Part shown: positions 24,103 through 34,264 of the stretch, one piece after another
Numbering within the stretch: position 1 is the first letter of the stretch
How the letters are laid out: each line of letters begins with the position of its first letter
Source of the DNA: an uncultured Candidatus Binatia bacterium
Lineage (GTDB): Bacteria > Desulfobacterota > Binatia > UBA9968 > JAJDTQ01
Reading direction: 5' to 3'
Assembly (NCBI GenBank): GCA_964291295.2
Contig: OZ219754.1
Coordinates: 608,001 to 672,000, forward strand
Length of the DNA stretch: 64,000 nt
The notes under the pieces: model-generated
What the model saw: only the letters and a program-made list of their open reading frames with translations
Told to the model about the DNA's origin: nothing
Database searches by the model: none
Position numbers and translations under genes: made by a program

Positions 24103-25089
24103 ATGGAAACGCCAACCCTGTTCAACAGTCCCGACAAGTTCGAGAGCAGGTTCGTGACCGCCGACGGCTACCGCACCCACTACATCGAGGCGGGCAAGGA
24201 CAATCCCGACAGCCTGCTGCTGGTTCATGGCGGCGGCATCGACATCGGCATGGACCTGTACCGTTGGTACCCGGTGGTGCTGCCGCTGGCCGAGCACTTT
24301 CACGTCTTCGCCATCGACGAGTTGGGTCACGGTGAGACCGACCCGCCGCGGGATACCAGGGACCTCTGGCGGCCCATCGTGCGCGCGGAGCACGTCATCC
24401 GCTTCATCGAAACCATGGGGCTGGGGCCGGTCCACCTGATGGGCCAGTCCACAGGTGGCTGGATCGTCACCTACATCACCCTCAAGCGGCCGGATCTGGT
24501 GAAGAAACTGGTTCTCATCGACAGCGGCAGCACCGCCGGCTCGGCCCTCGACACCGGAGAAGAGTCCGACGCTCCCAGGCAGGTGGAGGTGGACGGCGCC
24601 ATGGTGCAGGTGAAGGACGGTGTCCTGCCCTACATGAAGGAGGTCTTCGAAGAAGGCACCATGCATCCCAAGGAAGGCCTCACCAACACCCGCGAAGGCA
24701 TCCGGAAGTTCGTCGGCACCTACATCTACGCCAAGGACATGGTCACCGACGAATGGGTCGAGCATCTCTACAAGTTCGCCCGGAAATGGAACGACCTCTA
24801 CTTCACCCACAAGGGCAAGGCGTTCTGGGACCACACCAACATGAAAGAGCACTCCAGGGAGTTCTACGTGGACGGGGTGCACATCCGGGACCGAGTCCAC
24901 GAGATCCGCACCCCGACCCTGGTTATCTGGGCCAAGAACTCCAACAAGGGAGTCGACCCCGGCCTTGCCTTGTACAAGCGCATCCCCGACGCTCAACTCC
25001 ATATCTTCGACAAGGCCAACCACTTCCTGTGGCTGGACCACCCGAGGGATTTCGTCAGCCTGGTAACCTGGTATCTCTCCAGGAGTTGA
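24103..25089 (+). CDS. Alpha/beta hydrolase, paralogue 4
   Basis: LLVHGGG, GQSTGG, PTLVIWAKNSNKG, DKANHF. Confidence 0.92.
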   Translation: METPTLFNSPDKFESRFVTADGYRTHYIEAGKDNPDSLLLVHGGGIDIGMDLYRWYPVVLPLAEHFHVFAIDELGHGETDPPRDTRDLWRPIVRAEHVIRFIETMGLGPVHLMGQSTGGWIVTYITLKRPDLVKKLVLIDSGSTAGSALDTGEESDAPRQVEVDGAMVQVKDGVLPYMKEVFEEGTMHPKEGLTNTREGIRKFVGTYIYAKDMVTDEWVEHLYKFARKWNDLYFTHKGKAFWDHTNMKEHSREFYVDGVHIRDRVHEIRTPTLVIWAKNSNKGVDPGLALYKRIPDAQLHIFDKANHFLWLDHPRDFVSLVTWYLSRS

Positions 25090-25132
25090 CGGCGGAGAGA
25101 GACCCGCGGCACGAATCGCACAGGAGGAATCC

Positions 25133-26146
25133 ATGGAGACCCTGTTCAACAGTCCCGACAAGTTCGAGAGCAAGTTCGTGACCGCCGACGGTTACCGGAC
25201 TCACTACGTGGAAGCCGGCGACAAGGATGCGGACCGGCTGCTGCTGGTGCACGGCGGCTCCATCGAGGTGGGCATGGGCCTCTACCGATGGTATCCCAAC
25301 GTCATTCCATTGTCCGAGCACTTCCACGTCTTCGCCATCGACGAACTGGGACATGGCGACACGGATGCGCCCCGGGACCTCGACATGCTGGGACATGTGC
25401 GGGTGCGCGCCGAGCATGTCATCCGCTTCATCGAAGCGCTGGACATCGGCCCCATCAACCTGGCTGGCCAGTCACAGGGCGGCTGGATCGTCACCTACAT
25501 CACCCTCAAGCGGCCGGACCTGGTGAAAAAGCTCATCCTGATCGACAGCGGCAGCACGGCGGGCTCGGCCCTCAAGACCGAGAATGACACCGAGCCCCGG
25601 GATTTCGTCGAGATCGACGGCGTGAAGACGCCCGTTGGCAGCGGCGAATTGCCCTATTTCAAGGAAGTGTTCGAGCCCAACAGCATGATGCCCAAGGAGG
25701 GTTTGACCGATACCCGGGAAGGGCTGCGGAAGTACGCCAGTGTCTTCTTCTACAACAAGTCCATGGTGTCGGAGGAGTTCCTGGACTACCTCATGGAACT
25801 CTCCCGGAAGTGGAACAAGCTCTACATGGACCACAAGGGAAAGGAGTACTGGGGCGACCGGGGCCTCATGGGTCACTCGGACATGTACAGCTTCGATGGC
25901 AAGCACATCCGGGACCACGTCCAGGACATCCGCCGGCCCACGCTCGTGGTATGGGGCAAGAATTCCAACAAGGGCGTCGATCCCGGACTGTCATTGTACA
26001 AGCGCATCCCCGACGCCCAAATGCACGTGTTCGACAAGGCCAACCACTTCCTGTGGCTGGACCAGTGGCAGGAGTTCAACAGCCTGGTCACGTGGTTCCT
26101 GACCAAGGACCAGACGAAAGGATCCTCATGGAAGTCTTCAACGTAA
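25133..26146 (+). CDS. Alpha/beta hydrolase, paralogue 5
   Basis: AGGAGG SD; LLVHGG, GQSQGG, WGKNSNKG, DKANHF. Confidence 0.92.
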   Translation: METLFNSPDKFESKFVTADGYRTHYVEAGDKDADRLLLVHGGSIEVGMGLYRWYPNVIPLSEHFHVFAIDELGHGDTDAPRDLDMLGHVRVRAEHVIRFIEALDIGPINLAGQSQGGWIVTYITLKRPDLVKKLILIDSGSTAGSALKTENDTEPRDFVEIDGVKTPVGSGELPYFKEVFEPNSMMPKEGLTDTREGLRKYASVFFYNKSMVSEEFLDYLMELSRKWNKLYMDHKGKEYWGDRGLMGHSDMYSFDGKHIRDHVQDIRRPTLVVWGKNSNKGVDPGLSLYKRIPDAQMHVFDKANHFLWLDQWQEFNSLVTWFLTKDQTKGSSWKSST

Positions 26147-26511
26147 GGGACGTCGGCAAGTTCTCGGACCAGAATCCCGATCAGCCCTACTCGGAACGCG
26201 CCGAGGGCGGCTACATCCGGAACCGGGTCATCTCCAACGAAAAGTGTTCCGTCACCATCGCCTGTTTTCGCGACGGCGAAACCCCCGGAGAGGACCTGCA
26301 CAGCCATCCCGGCGCTGCCGAGATCTACTACGTGGTGGAGGGCAAGTGCGTGGGCATCGACAGCCAGCGCAACGAACAACTCTGCGGGCCGGGCTCGGTG
26401 TTGTATTTCGAAGCCGGCGAGCCCCACAACATCCACTCCGCGCCGGGCAGCGACGCCTTGGTGTACCGAGTCCAGGTCGGCGCGGACCGTAGCGTCAAGC
26501 GACCCGCGTAG
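26128..26511 (+). CDS. Cupin domain protein
   Basis: HSHP...EIYYVVEG and G.VLYF.AGEPH.I cupin motifs. Confidence 0.85.
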   Translation: MEVFNVRDVGKFSDQNPDQPYSERAEGGYIRNRVISNEKCSVTIACFRDGETPGEDLHSHPGAAEIYYVVEGKCVGIDSQRNEQLCGPGSVLYFEAGEPHNIHSAPGSDALVYRVQVGADRSVKRPA

Positions 26512-26620
26512 CCGGGAGGAGTGGGCCTGGAAACACCCCCCGGCACCCTTCCCGAGCCCCGGGGTCCCGCTTTCGGATAAACGACGTTTGCGGGCGTGCG
26601 CGAAGCCCATTGCTGCAATC

Positions 26621-27067
26621 ATGCCGATCCGGGTACTGGAACTGCACCACCACGGCATCCGCATGGCACCTACCGTGGATGCCATGGCCAAGGCCCGGCG
26701 CTTCTACGTGGACGTGCTGGGCATCCCCGTCGATTCCGGTCGGCCCGACATCCCCGGCGTGCCGGGGTTTTGGCTGGACGTCGGCGAGCCCCCGCATTCC
26801 GCCCAGATCCATCTCATGGGCGCCACGGGAAAGTCGCCGCCCGCGCGCAGCGACACGGAAGACCCGACCCTCCCCCACGTAGCGCTCGCGGTTGAAGACA
26901 TCGCCGAAACGCGCCGGGAGTTGGATGCGCACGGGGTTGCCTACTGGCAAGTCCACGGCCTTGTGGGCGCCGACTCGCAACAGATATTCCTCCGGGACCC
27001 CTTCGGCAACATGATCGAACTGCACCAAGTTGGCACCTGTCGCTGCAATCAGGCCGCCCGCGGGTAA
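26621..27067 (+). CDS. VOC/glyoxalase family protein
   Basis: LHHHGI, ARRFY.DVLG, HVALAVEDI, IFLRDPFGNMIEL. Confidence 0.88.
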   Translation: MPIRVLELHHHGIRMAPTVDAMAKARRFYVDVLGIPVDSGRPDIPGVPGFWLDVGEPPHSAQIHLMGATGKSPPARSDTEDPTLPHVALAVEDIAETRRELDAHGVAYWQVHGLVGADSQQIFLRDPFGNMIELHQVGTCRCNQAARG

Positions 27068-27092
27068 CGCCGGTGCCCTGTCACACACGTCC

Positions 27093-28268
27093 ATGCTGAG
27101 TTTCCAGGTTCCAGAACAGTTTCGCGCCTGGGTTGTCCTGGCCGAAACACTGAGTCGCGAGAAATTCGCCGCCAGGGCACGGACCATCGACCAGGAGGCC
27201 CGGTTCCCCTTCGAGAACTACGAAGACCTGCGAGAGTCCGGCCTGCTGGGTCTCATGGTGCCCCGGAAACATGGCGGCATCGGCGCCGATTCCCTGACCT
27301 ACGCGGTGATCCTGTCCCGCATCGCCAAGGGGTGCGCGTCCACCGGGCTCACCTTCAACATGCACTGCGCCATCGTCGATTTCCTCCTGCAACTCGCCAG
27401 CCCCGAGCAACAGCAGCGTTTCTTCCAGGCGGTGGTGGATGATGGAGCCATCTTCGCCTCCATCACCAGCGAGCCCGGGAGTTCCTTTCGCGACAAGGGA
27501 GCCATCCGCACCTCCATCCGTGAGGAGAAGGGCCAGTACCGGCTCAACGGCACCAAGCACTTCTGCTCGCTTTCCACCGGCGCCACGTACTACTTCACAT
27601 GGAGCCTGCTGGACGGCACCGAGGACCTCCAAGACGGCCTCCTGAATGTGCTCGTTCGCTCCGACCAGCCGGGCATCGAGATCATCCACGACTGGGATAC
27701 CATCGGCATGCGCGGGACGGTTTCCAATTCCATCCGTTTCAACGACGTGGCGATCCTGCCGGAGAATGTCGTGGGCGCACCAGGAGCGATCCTCGGAAAA
27801 GACATGAGCATCTGGTCCACGGGCTACACCGGCGTGTATTTCGGCATTGCGGAAGCCGCCTACGACTTCTGTCTCGACTACGTCAAGAAGACCGCGTTTC
27901 GGGGCATGAGCGGCGTCCTCGCCTCCGACCTCCGGATACAGCGCCAGGTCGGCGAGATGGCGACACTCCTGGAGAGCGCCCGGAGGGCCGTGGAACGGCT
28001 GGGAATGTTGCGCGGGAACACCGACCGGGTCGAGTTGACATTCATCCTGAACCAGGCGAAGTACCTGGCCACGGAGGCCGCCAGGGAGATCGCCGAACGG
28101 GCCATCCGGCTGACGGGCGGCCGCGGCCTGCTCCGCTCGCTGCCGCTGGAACGCCATTTCCGTGATTCGCTGGCCGGCATCGTCATGCCGCCAGCCAACG
28201 ATCGCTGCATGGAGACCGTGGGCAAGATCGCCCTCGGCCTGGAGGCGAAGACGCTGGAGTTCGAGTAG
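27093..28268 (+). CDS. Acyl-CoA dehydrogenase family flavoprotein (possibly flavin-dependent monooxygenase type)
   Basis: GLMVP..HGG.G, NMH, YRLNGTKHFCS, WDTIGMRGT.S, GG......PLERHFRD. Confidence 0.88.
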   Translation: MLSFQVPEQFRAWVVLAETLSREKFAARARTIDQEARFPFENYEDLRESGLLGLMVPRKHGGIGADSLTYAVILSRIAKGCASTGLTFNMHCAIVDFLLQLASPEQQQRFFQAVVDDGAIFASITSEPGSSFRDKGAIRTSIREEKGQYRLNGTKHFCSLSTGATYYFTWSLLDGTEDLQDGLLNVLVRSDQPGIEIIHDWDTIGMRGTVSNSIRFNDVAILPENVVGAPGAILGKDMSIWSTGYTGVYFGIAEAAYDFCLDYVKKTAFRGMSGVLASDLRIQRQVGEMATLLESARRAVERLGMLRGNTDRVELTFILNQAKYLATEAAREIAERAIRLTGGRGLLRSLPLERHFRDSLAGIVMPPANDRCMETVGKIALGLEAKTLEFE

Positions 28269-28272
28269 CGCC

Positions 28273-29565
28273 ATGGTGGAACGCCTCAAGACTTCCAGGC
28301 CCAGACCCCAAGCCGTCACGGACCAGATCCGAACCATCGTAAGCGAGATCCTGCGAGCGGTGGAGCACGAGGGCGAGGCCGCGGTGCGCAGGTACTCGGA
28401 GCGCTTCGACAAGTGGAGTCCTTCCTCGTTCCGGGTATCCCGGCAGGAGATCGGAGCGGCGGAAGCGGGGACCGACGACCCACTCAAGGAGCACATCCGC
28501 TTCGCCCAGGAGCAGGTGCGCAACTTCGCCAGCCTCCAGCGGGAAAGCCTCAAGGACTTCGAGCGGGAGACCCTGCCCGGTGTCGTACTCGGCCAGAAAT
28601 CCATTCCGGTGCGCTCGGTGGGCGCCTACACGCCGGGGGGCGCCTATCCGCTCATCGCCTCAGCGATCATGACTATCGTGACCCCCAAGACGGCAGGCGT
28701 TTCACGGGTTGTGGCCAGTGCGCCGCCGCGGCAGGGCCGGGGCATGCATCCGCCCCAGCTCTTCGCCATGGCCTCGTCCGGCGCCGACGAGATATTCTGC
28801 ATCGGCGGCGTCCAGGCCTTGGCCGCGTTGGCTTTCGGCATCGAGGACATGACCGCGGTGGACATGCTGGTGGGTGCGGGCAACGCCTACGTCGCGGAAG
28901 CCAAGCGGCAACTCTTCGGACAAACCGGCATCGATCTGCTGGCAGGCCCCACCGAGATACTGATCATCGCCGACGATGCCGCCGACCCCGAGGTGGTGGC
29001 AGCCGACCTGCTTGGGCAGGCGGAGCATGGTGCCACCTCCCCGGCGGCGCTGGTGACGACATCGCGGAAACTGGCCGAGGCCACGGCCCGCGAAGTGGAC
29101 CGCTGGCTGGAGACCTGGCCCACCGCGGACATTGCCGGGCAGGCGTGGCGTGACTACGGCAGCATCACGCTGTGCGACTCCGACGAAGACATGGTTCGGG
29201 AGGCGGACGCTTTCGCCCCCGAGCACCTGGAGGTCCAGACCCGCGACCCCGAGTGGTTCCTGGAGCGCCTCACCAACTACGGAACCCTCTTCCTTGGCCG
29301 GCATGCCACCGTGGTCTACTCCGACAAGTCCATCGGCACCAACCACGTGCTGCCCACCGCCGGCGCGGCACGCTACACCGGCGGCCTGTGGGTCGGGAAG
29401 TTCCTCAAGACCGTCACGTACCAGCGAGTCACGGCCGAGGGCTCGCACCGGTTGGTGCCGGCGGCAGAGGCCATCTCCGAGGCCGAGCACATGCAGGGGC
29501 ACGCCATCACGGCCCGGCTCAGACTCGACCCACGTCGCTTCGACGACGTGCCGGGAGAGGGATAG
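28273..29565 (+). CDS. Histidinol dehydrogenase-family enzyme of the HpsN (sulfopropanediol dehydrogenase)-like clade
   Basis: ETLPGVVLG, GAGNAYVAEAKRQLFG, GIDLLAGPTE, QAEH, PEHLE, DK.IGTNHVLPT..AARYTGGLWVGKFLKT. Confidence 0.85.
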   Translation: MVERLKTSRPRPQAVTDQIRTIVSEILRAVEHEGEAAVRRYSERFDKWSPSSFRVSRQEIGAAEAGTDDPLKEHIRFAQEQVRNFASLQRESLKDFERETLPGVVLGQKSIPVRSVGAYTPGGAYPLIASAIMTIVTPKTAGVSRVVASAPPRQGRGMHPPQLFAMASSGADEIFCIGGVQALAALAFGIEDMTAVDMLVGAGNAYVAEAKRQLFGQTGIDLLAGPTEILIIADDAADPEVVAADLLGQAEHGATSPAALVTTSRKLAEATAREVDRWLETWPTADIAGQAWRDYGSITLCDSDEDMVREADAFAPEHLEVQTRDPEWFLERLTNYGTLFLGRHATVVYSDKSIGTNHVLPTAGAARYTGGLWVGKFLKTVTYQRVTAEGSHRLVPAAEAISEAEHMQGHAITARLRLDPRRFDDVPGEG

Positions 29566-29583
29566 ATCTGCCAGGAGTCGTCC

Positions 29584-30372
29584 TTGAGCTCATCGACGCT
29601 GGCGGACAAGGTAGCCGTCGTCACCGGAGCCGGGCGCGGCATCGGGCGGGCGATCGCGGTCGCGCTGGCCCGGGAAGGGGCCGACGTGGCACTGGCGGCC
29701 CGTAGCGAAGCCGCCTTGGCGGAAACCCGCGCCCTTGTGGAAGGGCTTGGCCGACGAGCGCTCGTGGCGATAACGGACATCTGCGACGCCGCCGGCGTCG
29801 AGGAGTCGGCACGGAAAATCCTGGAACACTTCGGGCGCGTGGACCTGCTCGTCAACAACAGCGGCGTCGGAGGACCTTCCGCCGTCCTTTGGGAAACCGA
29901 TCCGTCGGCCTGGGAATCGACCTTCACCGTCAACGTCACCGGCACCTTCCTCTGCTGCCGGGCGTTCCTGCCGTCCATGATCGAACGCCGGTCGGGGGTG
30001 GTGGTGATCATCGGCTCCATGACCGGCAAGCGGCCACTGTGGGGAAGGACGCCCTACGCCGCCAGCAAGCTGGCCCTCGTGGGCCTGACACGGACACTGG
30101 CGCTGGAAACAGGGCCCTACGGCGTACGCGTAAACCTCATCTCTCCAGGTGCGGTGGAAGGAGAACGCATGGAGTGGGTGATGCGGAAGCAGGCGGAGGG
30201 ACGGGGCATCCGCGTCGGCGAGGTACGGGCCGAACTGGCGGGAGGCTCGCCGCTCAACCGTCTCGTGGAACCCGACGAGATAGCGGCGGCCGTGGTGTTC
30301 CTGGCGTCCGATGGGGCGCGGTCGATTACGGGTGAGGACATGAACGTATCTGCGGGACTGGTGATGTATTAG
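29584..30372 (+). CDS. SDR family oxidoreductase
   Basis: TGAGRGIG, LVNNSG, YAASK, VNLISPG. Confidence 0.92.
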   Translation: MSSSTLADKVAVVTGAGRGIGRAIAVALAREGADVALAARSEAALAETRALVEGLGRRALVAITDICDAAGVEESARKILEHFGRVDLLVNNSGVGGPSAVLWETDPSAWESTFTVNVTGTFLCCRAFLPSMIERRSGVVVIIGSMTGKRPLWGRTPYAASKLALVGLTRTLALETGPYGVRVNLISPGAVEGERMEWVMRKQAEGRGIRVGEVRAELAGGSPLNRLVEPDEIAAAVVFLASDGARSITGEDMNVSAGLVMY

Positions 30373-30437
30373 GGGCCTGCGCTGCCGCAGCCCTCTGTTT
30401 TTCCCCACGCACAACAAGAATGCAAAGGAGGTGTTCG

Positions 30438-31127
30438 ATGGCTCGTCTGGTCGATTTGTCGGTAGAGATCTATCAAGGGATGAACGTCTATCCCGGTCAC
30501 CTGAAGACCGTCATCTTCCAGCACGCCACCCACGAGGAAACCCGGCAGCGATTCGAAGGCGGCTTCTCGTTTCAGACCACCGGCATCCTGCTGAACGACA
30601 ACGGGCCGACCCACGTGGATTCCTTCAGCCACCTGGACCCGAGGCCCGGGGCCGCCACCATCGACCAGATGCCCCTGGATCTGTTCTACGGCCCGGCCCT
30701 CTGCATCGACGTCTCCGACAAGGAGCCTTGCACCGACATCATGCCCGAGGAGCTGGATGCCGCGGTGGAGAAGTCCGGACAGGAACTCCGGAAGGGCGAC
30801 ATCCTGCTGCTCCACACCGGCACGTACGACCGCTACAAGGGTCGGCCGGAGTACCTCACGACCTTTCCGGGACTGGGCGAGGAAGGCAGCATGTGGTTGG
30901 TGGAGAAAGGCGTCAAGACCTTCGGAGTGGACACGCCGACCCCTGACAACCCCATCAGCAAGACTTATCCGTGCCACATGATGTGCCGTTTCCACCACAT
31001 CACGCACTACGAGAACCTGGCGCTGACCGAAGTGTCGGGCAAGCGCTTCACGTTCATCGGGTTCCCGCTACGGCTGCGCGGTTCGCATGGCGGGCCGACC
31101 CGGGCGGTGGCGCTCATGGATGACTGA
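30438..31127 (+). CDS. Cyclase / kynurenine formamidase-like metal hydrolase
   Basis: AAAGGAGG SD; LVDLS, NGPTHVDSFSH, GDILLLHTG, GVDT, ENL, GGPTRAVA. Confidence 0.88.
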   Translation: MARLVDLSVEIYQGMNVYPGHLKTVIFQHATHEETRQRFEGGFSFQTTGILLNDNGPTHVDSFSHLDPRPGAATIDQMPLDLFYGPALCIDVSDKEPCTDIMPEELDAAVEKSGQELRKGDILLLHTGTYDRYKGRPEYLTTFPGLGEEGSMWLVEKGVKTFGVDTPTPDNPISKTYPCHMMCRFHHITHYENLALTEVSGKRFTFIGFPLRLRGSHGGPTRAVALMDD

Positions 31128-31141
31128 GCCTCAAGGCCCAT

Positions 31142-32113
31142 TCAACAGATCTCGGAATTGTAGAGATTGGGCGGGCGCCGACCCTCCATGACGGCAATGA
31201 TATTCTCCGCCACGACAAGGGCCATCCCTTCCCGGGTTTCGGGCACCGCGCTCCCAAGGTGGGGCGTCAGCACGGCATTGCCGCACTCCTTCAGGTCCGG
31301 ATGAACCTCGGGCTCGTGTTCGTACACGTCCAGCCCCGCACCGGCGATGACCTGCTCTCGCAGAGCCGCGGCCAGCGCGGCTTCGTCCACCAGAGGCCCG
31401 CGCGCGGTGTTGATGAGGCAAGCCGTGGTTTTCATGGTCCGCAACTCCACGGCGCCGATGAGGTGATGGGTCTCGGGGGTGCTGGTGGCGTTGAGGGAAA
31501 CGAAATCGGCGCACTTGAGCAACTCCTTCAGGGAAACGTACTGTACGCCGAGTTCTTCCTCGCTCCGCGGGTCCAGGCGGCTCCGCTTGGTGTACAATAC
31601 GCGCATGTCGAAACCTCGGGCGCGCCGTGCCATGGCCTTGCCGATACGTCCCAGTCCGACAATCCCCAGAGTCTTGCCGTAAACCCCTTGCCCCACCAGA
31701 CGCATGGACTGGGACCCTGGGAAGATTCCCTCCCGAAGCGTGCGATCCCCCAGAGCGATGTTCCGGGCCGCCGCCACCATGAGCCCCCAGGCCAAGTCCG
31801 CTGTCTCTTCCGTTGCCATCGGCGGGATGGTCGTCACTGGAATCCTCCGGGCCGTGGCCTCGGCCACGTCGATGTTCGCGGGAATGATGGCCATGCTCGC
31901 GATCATCTTGAGTGCCGGATTGGCGACGATGACGTCCCGATCCACGGTGTCGTGCAACAGGCAGAAGAGGTAGTCGGACCGGGCCACGGCCACCGCCAAC
32001 TCGGCGGCGGTCATGATATGGGCCGAGTCATGATTGAGTTGTACGTCCCCGTGGCTTTGCAACAGGCTCAACGCCTTGTCGGGGATGGGTTGCGTGACGA
32101 ATATCCTCGGCAT
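31142..32113 (-). CDS. D-2-hydroxyacid dehydrogenase (glyoxylate reductase-like)
   Basis: GKTLGIVGLGRIG, LINTARGPLVDE, AGLDVYEHEP, LTPHLGS. Confidence 0.92.
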   Translation of the reverse strand: MPRIFVTQPIPDKALSLLQSHGDVQLNHDSAHIMTAAELAVAVARSDYLFCLLHDTVDRDVIVANPALKMIASMAIIPANIDVAEATARRIPVTTIPPMATEETADLAWGLMVAAARNIALGDRTLREGIFPGSQSMRLVGQGVYGKTLGIVGLGRIGKAMARRARGFDMRVLYTKRSRLDPRSEEELGVQYVSLKELLKCADFVSLNATSTPETHHLIGAVELRTMKTTACLINTARGPLVDEAALAAALREQVIAGAGLDVYEHEPEVHPDLKECGNAVLTPHLGSAVPETREGMALVVAENIIAVMEGRRPPNLYNSEIC

Positions 32114-32283
32114 GCGCTCTGCTCCCGGCCGCAGCCATTCCGTATAAACCGGTTACCAGACTGCGGCGAAGGCTGCGAGGAGGAGTGCGCCGTGGCGCTC
32201 GATGGACCCTTGGTGTGGAAGAGCATGCGTTCGCTGGAGAATCGTGAACTCGAAGGGGCTGGGTTCAAAAAGGAGACACCCGA

Positions 32284-33165
32284 ATGCATCGAGTTGGAAT
32301 CGTGGGCTTGGGGCTCTTGGGGACAGCGGTGGCTTCCCGCCTTCTGAAAGGTGGCGTCGAGGTGGCAGGCTACGACATTCGTGCGGAGCAGGCCGACGCG
32401 CTGGCCTCCGCCGGACTGCGGACCGCGGAGAGCACGGCCCATGTCTGTGACGGCGCGGACGCGGTATTCACCATCTTGCCGACACTCGACGGCGTAGAAG
32501 AAGTCCTTTGCGGTCCGGGCGGGGTTCTGGACAGCGCTCCCAAGGGCGCAGTCGTCATCCAGATGAGCACCATCTCCCCCCAACGGGCGCGTCGCACGGG
32601 GGAAGCCGCGGCGGCCCGGGGTTACGGCTTTCTCGATGCGCCCATCAGCGGGACCAGCACCATGGTGGCGTCCGGCGACTGCGTGGTGCTGGCAGGCGGC
32701 GATTCGGTCCACCTGGAAACCTGCCGGCCGCTGTTCGCCGCCATCGCGCGCCGGACGGTCCACATGGGAGGGGTTGGCATGGCCTCCCTCGCGAAGCTCG
32801 CCACCAACCTGCTGGTGGCTCTCAATACCGCGGCCATCGCCGAGGCCCTGCTGCTCGGCGCCAGAGGCGGACTCGACATGAGAACGCTGCTCGACGCATG
32901 GGAAGGCACGGCCGCCGACTCACGCATGATGGAAGCCAGGGGACCCCTCATGGCCGAGGGCCGTTATCCTCCCCAGATGAAGCTCGACCTGTTCATGAAG
33001 GACTTGCACCTCATGCTGGACGAGGGTCGCCAACTCCATGTCCCCCTCCCGCTCACCGAAGCTGCGGAGCAGCTCTATGCCGCCGCTGCCGGCGCTGGCC
33101 GGGGTTCCGAGGACCTCGCGTCGGTGATGACCGCGTTGGAGGCGCTCGCCAGCCCGTCGTCCTGA
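32284..33165 (+). CDS. Beta-hydroxyacid (3-hydroxyisobutyrate/tartronate semialdehyde-type) dehydrogenase
   Basis: VGIVGLGLLG, MSTISP, FLDAPISG, KLATN, KDL. Confidence 0.9.
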   Translation: MHRVGIVGLGLLGTAVASRLLKGGVEVAGYDIRAEQADALASAGLRTAESTAHVCDGADAVFTILPTLDGVEEVLCGPGGVLDSAPKGAVVIQMSTISPQRARRTGEAAAARGYGFLDAPISGTSTMVASGDCVVLAGGDSVHLETCRPLFAAIARRTVHMGGVGMASLAKLATNLLVALNTAAIAEALLLGARGGLDMRTLLDAWEGTAADSRMMEARGPLMAEGRYPPQMKLDLFMKDLHLMLDEGRQLHVPLPLTEAAEQLYAAAAGAGRGSEDLASVMTALEALASPSS

Positions 33166-33246
33166 AACCTTGCGCCAACCGCCGTTGCAACCCGCAGTCG
33201 ACGTGTAGTAGTTTTCCTATACTGCATTCCTTCGGAACCTCTTCCC

Positions 33247-34230
33247 ATGCCACGCCACACCGTCGCCGTCACGGACCATCTGTTCCCGTCCATGGACGAC
33301 GAAGCCCGGATGTTTCGCGCGATGGACGCCGAACTGATCATCGGCCAGTGCAAGGACGAGAACGACGTCATCACCCTCTGCCGCCGGGCGGACGCCATCC
33401 TCAACACCTATGTGAGGATGACGTCCAGGGTCATCGAGAGCCTGGAACGTTGCAAGGTCATCGTCCGCTTCGGCATCGGTTATGACAACGTGGACGTGGA
33501 AACCGCCACTCGATGTGGGGTCATGGTGGCCAATACGACGGAGTACTGCATCGACGAGGTGGCGGACCAGGCCATGGCGATGCTGCTGGCCTGTGGCCGG
33601 GGGCTCTTCCCGGCGGGCCGCGTTGCCCGGGGCCGCACCTGGGATCTTTCGAGGATGCCGGCTCTGCGACGGCTTCGTGGCCAGGTCCTCGGGCTCGTGG
33701 GGATCGGACAGATCGGCAAGGCGGTGGCGGCCAGGGCCCATGGCTTCGGACTCAAGGTTCTGGCCAGCGACCCGCACGTGGACGAGGCCGCGGCACGGGC
33801 TCTGGGTATGGAGAAGGTGGACCTTGATGCACTGCTGGCAGCGTCGGACTACGTGTCCGTACACGTGCCGCTGGTGCCGGCCACGGAAGGCATGATGAAC
33901 GCCGACGTATTCGCGAGGATGAAGCCCACGGCCTTCCTCATCAACGTTGCCCGGGGCAGGATCGTGAACCAGGCCGACCTGGTGCGGGCCTTGCAGCACG
34001 GAGACATTGCCGGGGCCGGGCTGGATGTGTTGGAACAGGAACCGCCGGAGGCGGGCGACGTCGTCACCACCCTCGACAACGTCGTCCTCACGCCCCACTC
34101 CGCCTGGTACTCGGAAGAGGCACGGGTGGAAATGCGTCGGCGCGCCGTGGGACAGGTGGTCCGCGTGCTCAAGGGAGAGTTGCCCTGCTCGCTGATCAAC
34201 CGCGAGGTGGTTCCGTCAAACCGGCCGTAG
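33247..34230 (+). CDS. D-2-hydroxyacid dehydrogenase (CtBP/SerA-like)
   Basis: RFGIGYDNVDV, YCIDEVAD, GLVGIGQIG, INVARG, TPHSAWYS. Confidence 0.92.
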   Translation: MPRHTVAVTDHLFPSMDDEARMFRAMDAELIIGQCKDENDVITLCRRADAILNTYVRMTSRVIESLERCKVIVRFGIGYDNVDVETATRCGVMVANTTEYCIDEVADQAMAMLLACGRGLFPAGRVARGRTWDLSRMPALRRLRGQVLGLVGIGQIGKAVAARAHGFGLKVLASDPHVDEAAARALGMEKVDLDALLAASDYVSVHVPLVPATEGMMNADVFARMKPTAFLINVARGRIVNQADLVRALQHGDIAGAGLDVLEQEPPEAGDVVTTLDNVVLTPHSAWYSEEARVEMRRRAVGQVVRVLKGELPCSLINREVVPSNRP

Positions 34231-34264
34231 AGCCCGCCGTTGCCGCATTCGAAAGGAGTCTTTC

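Noticed and set aside
28273-29565. Calling this gene hisD
   Set aside because: Motifs and context fit the HpsN-like paralogue clade; gene symbol withheld.
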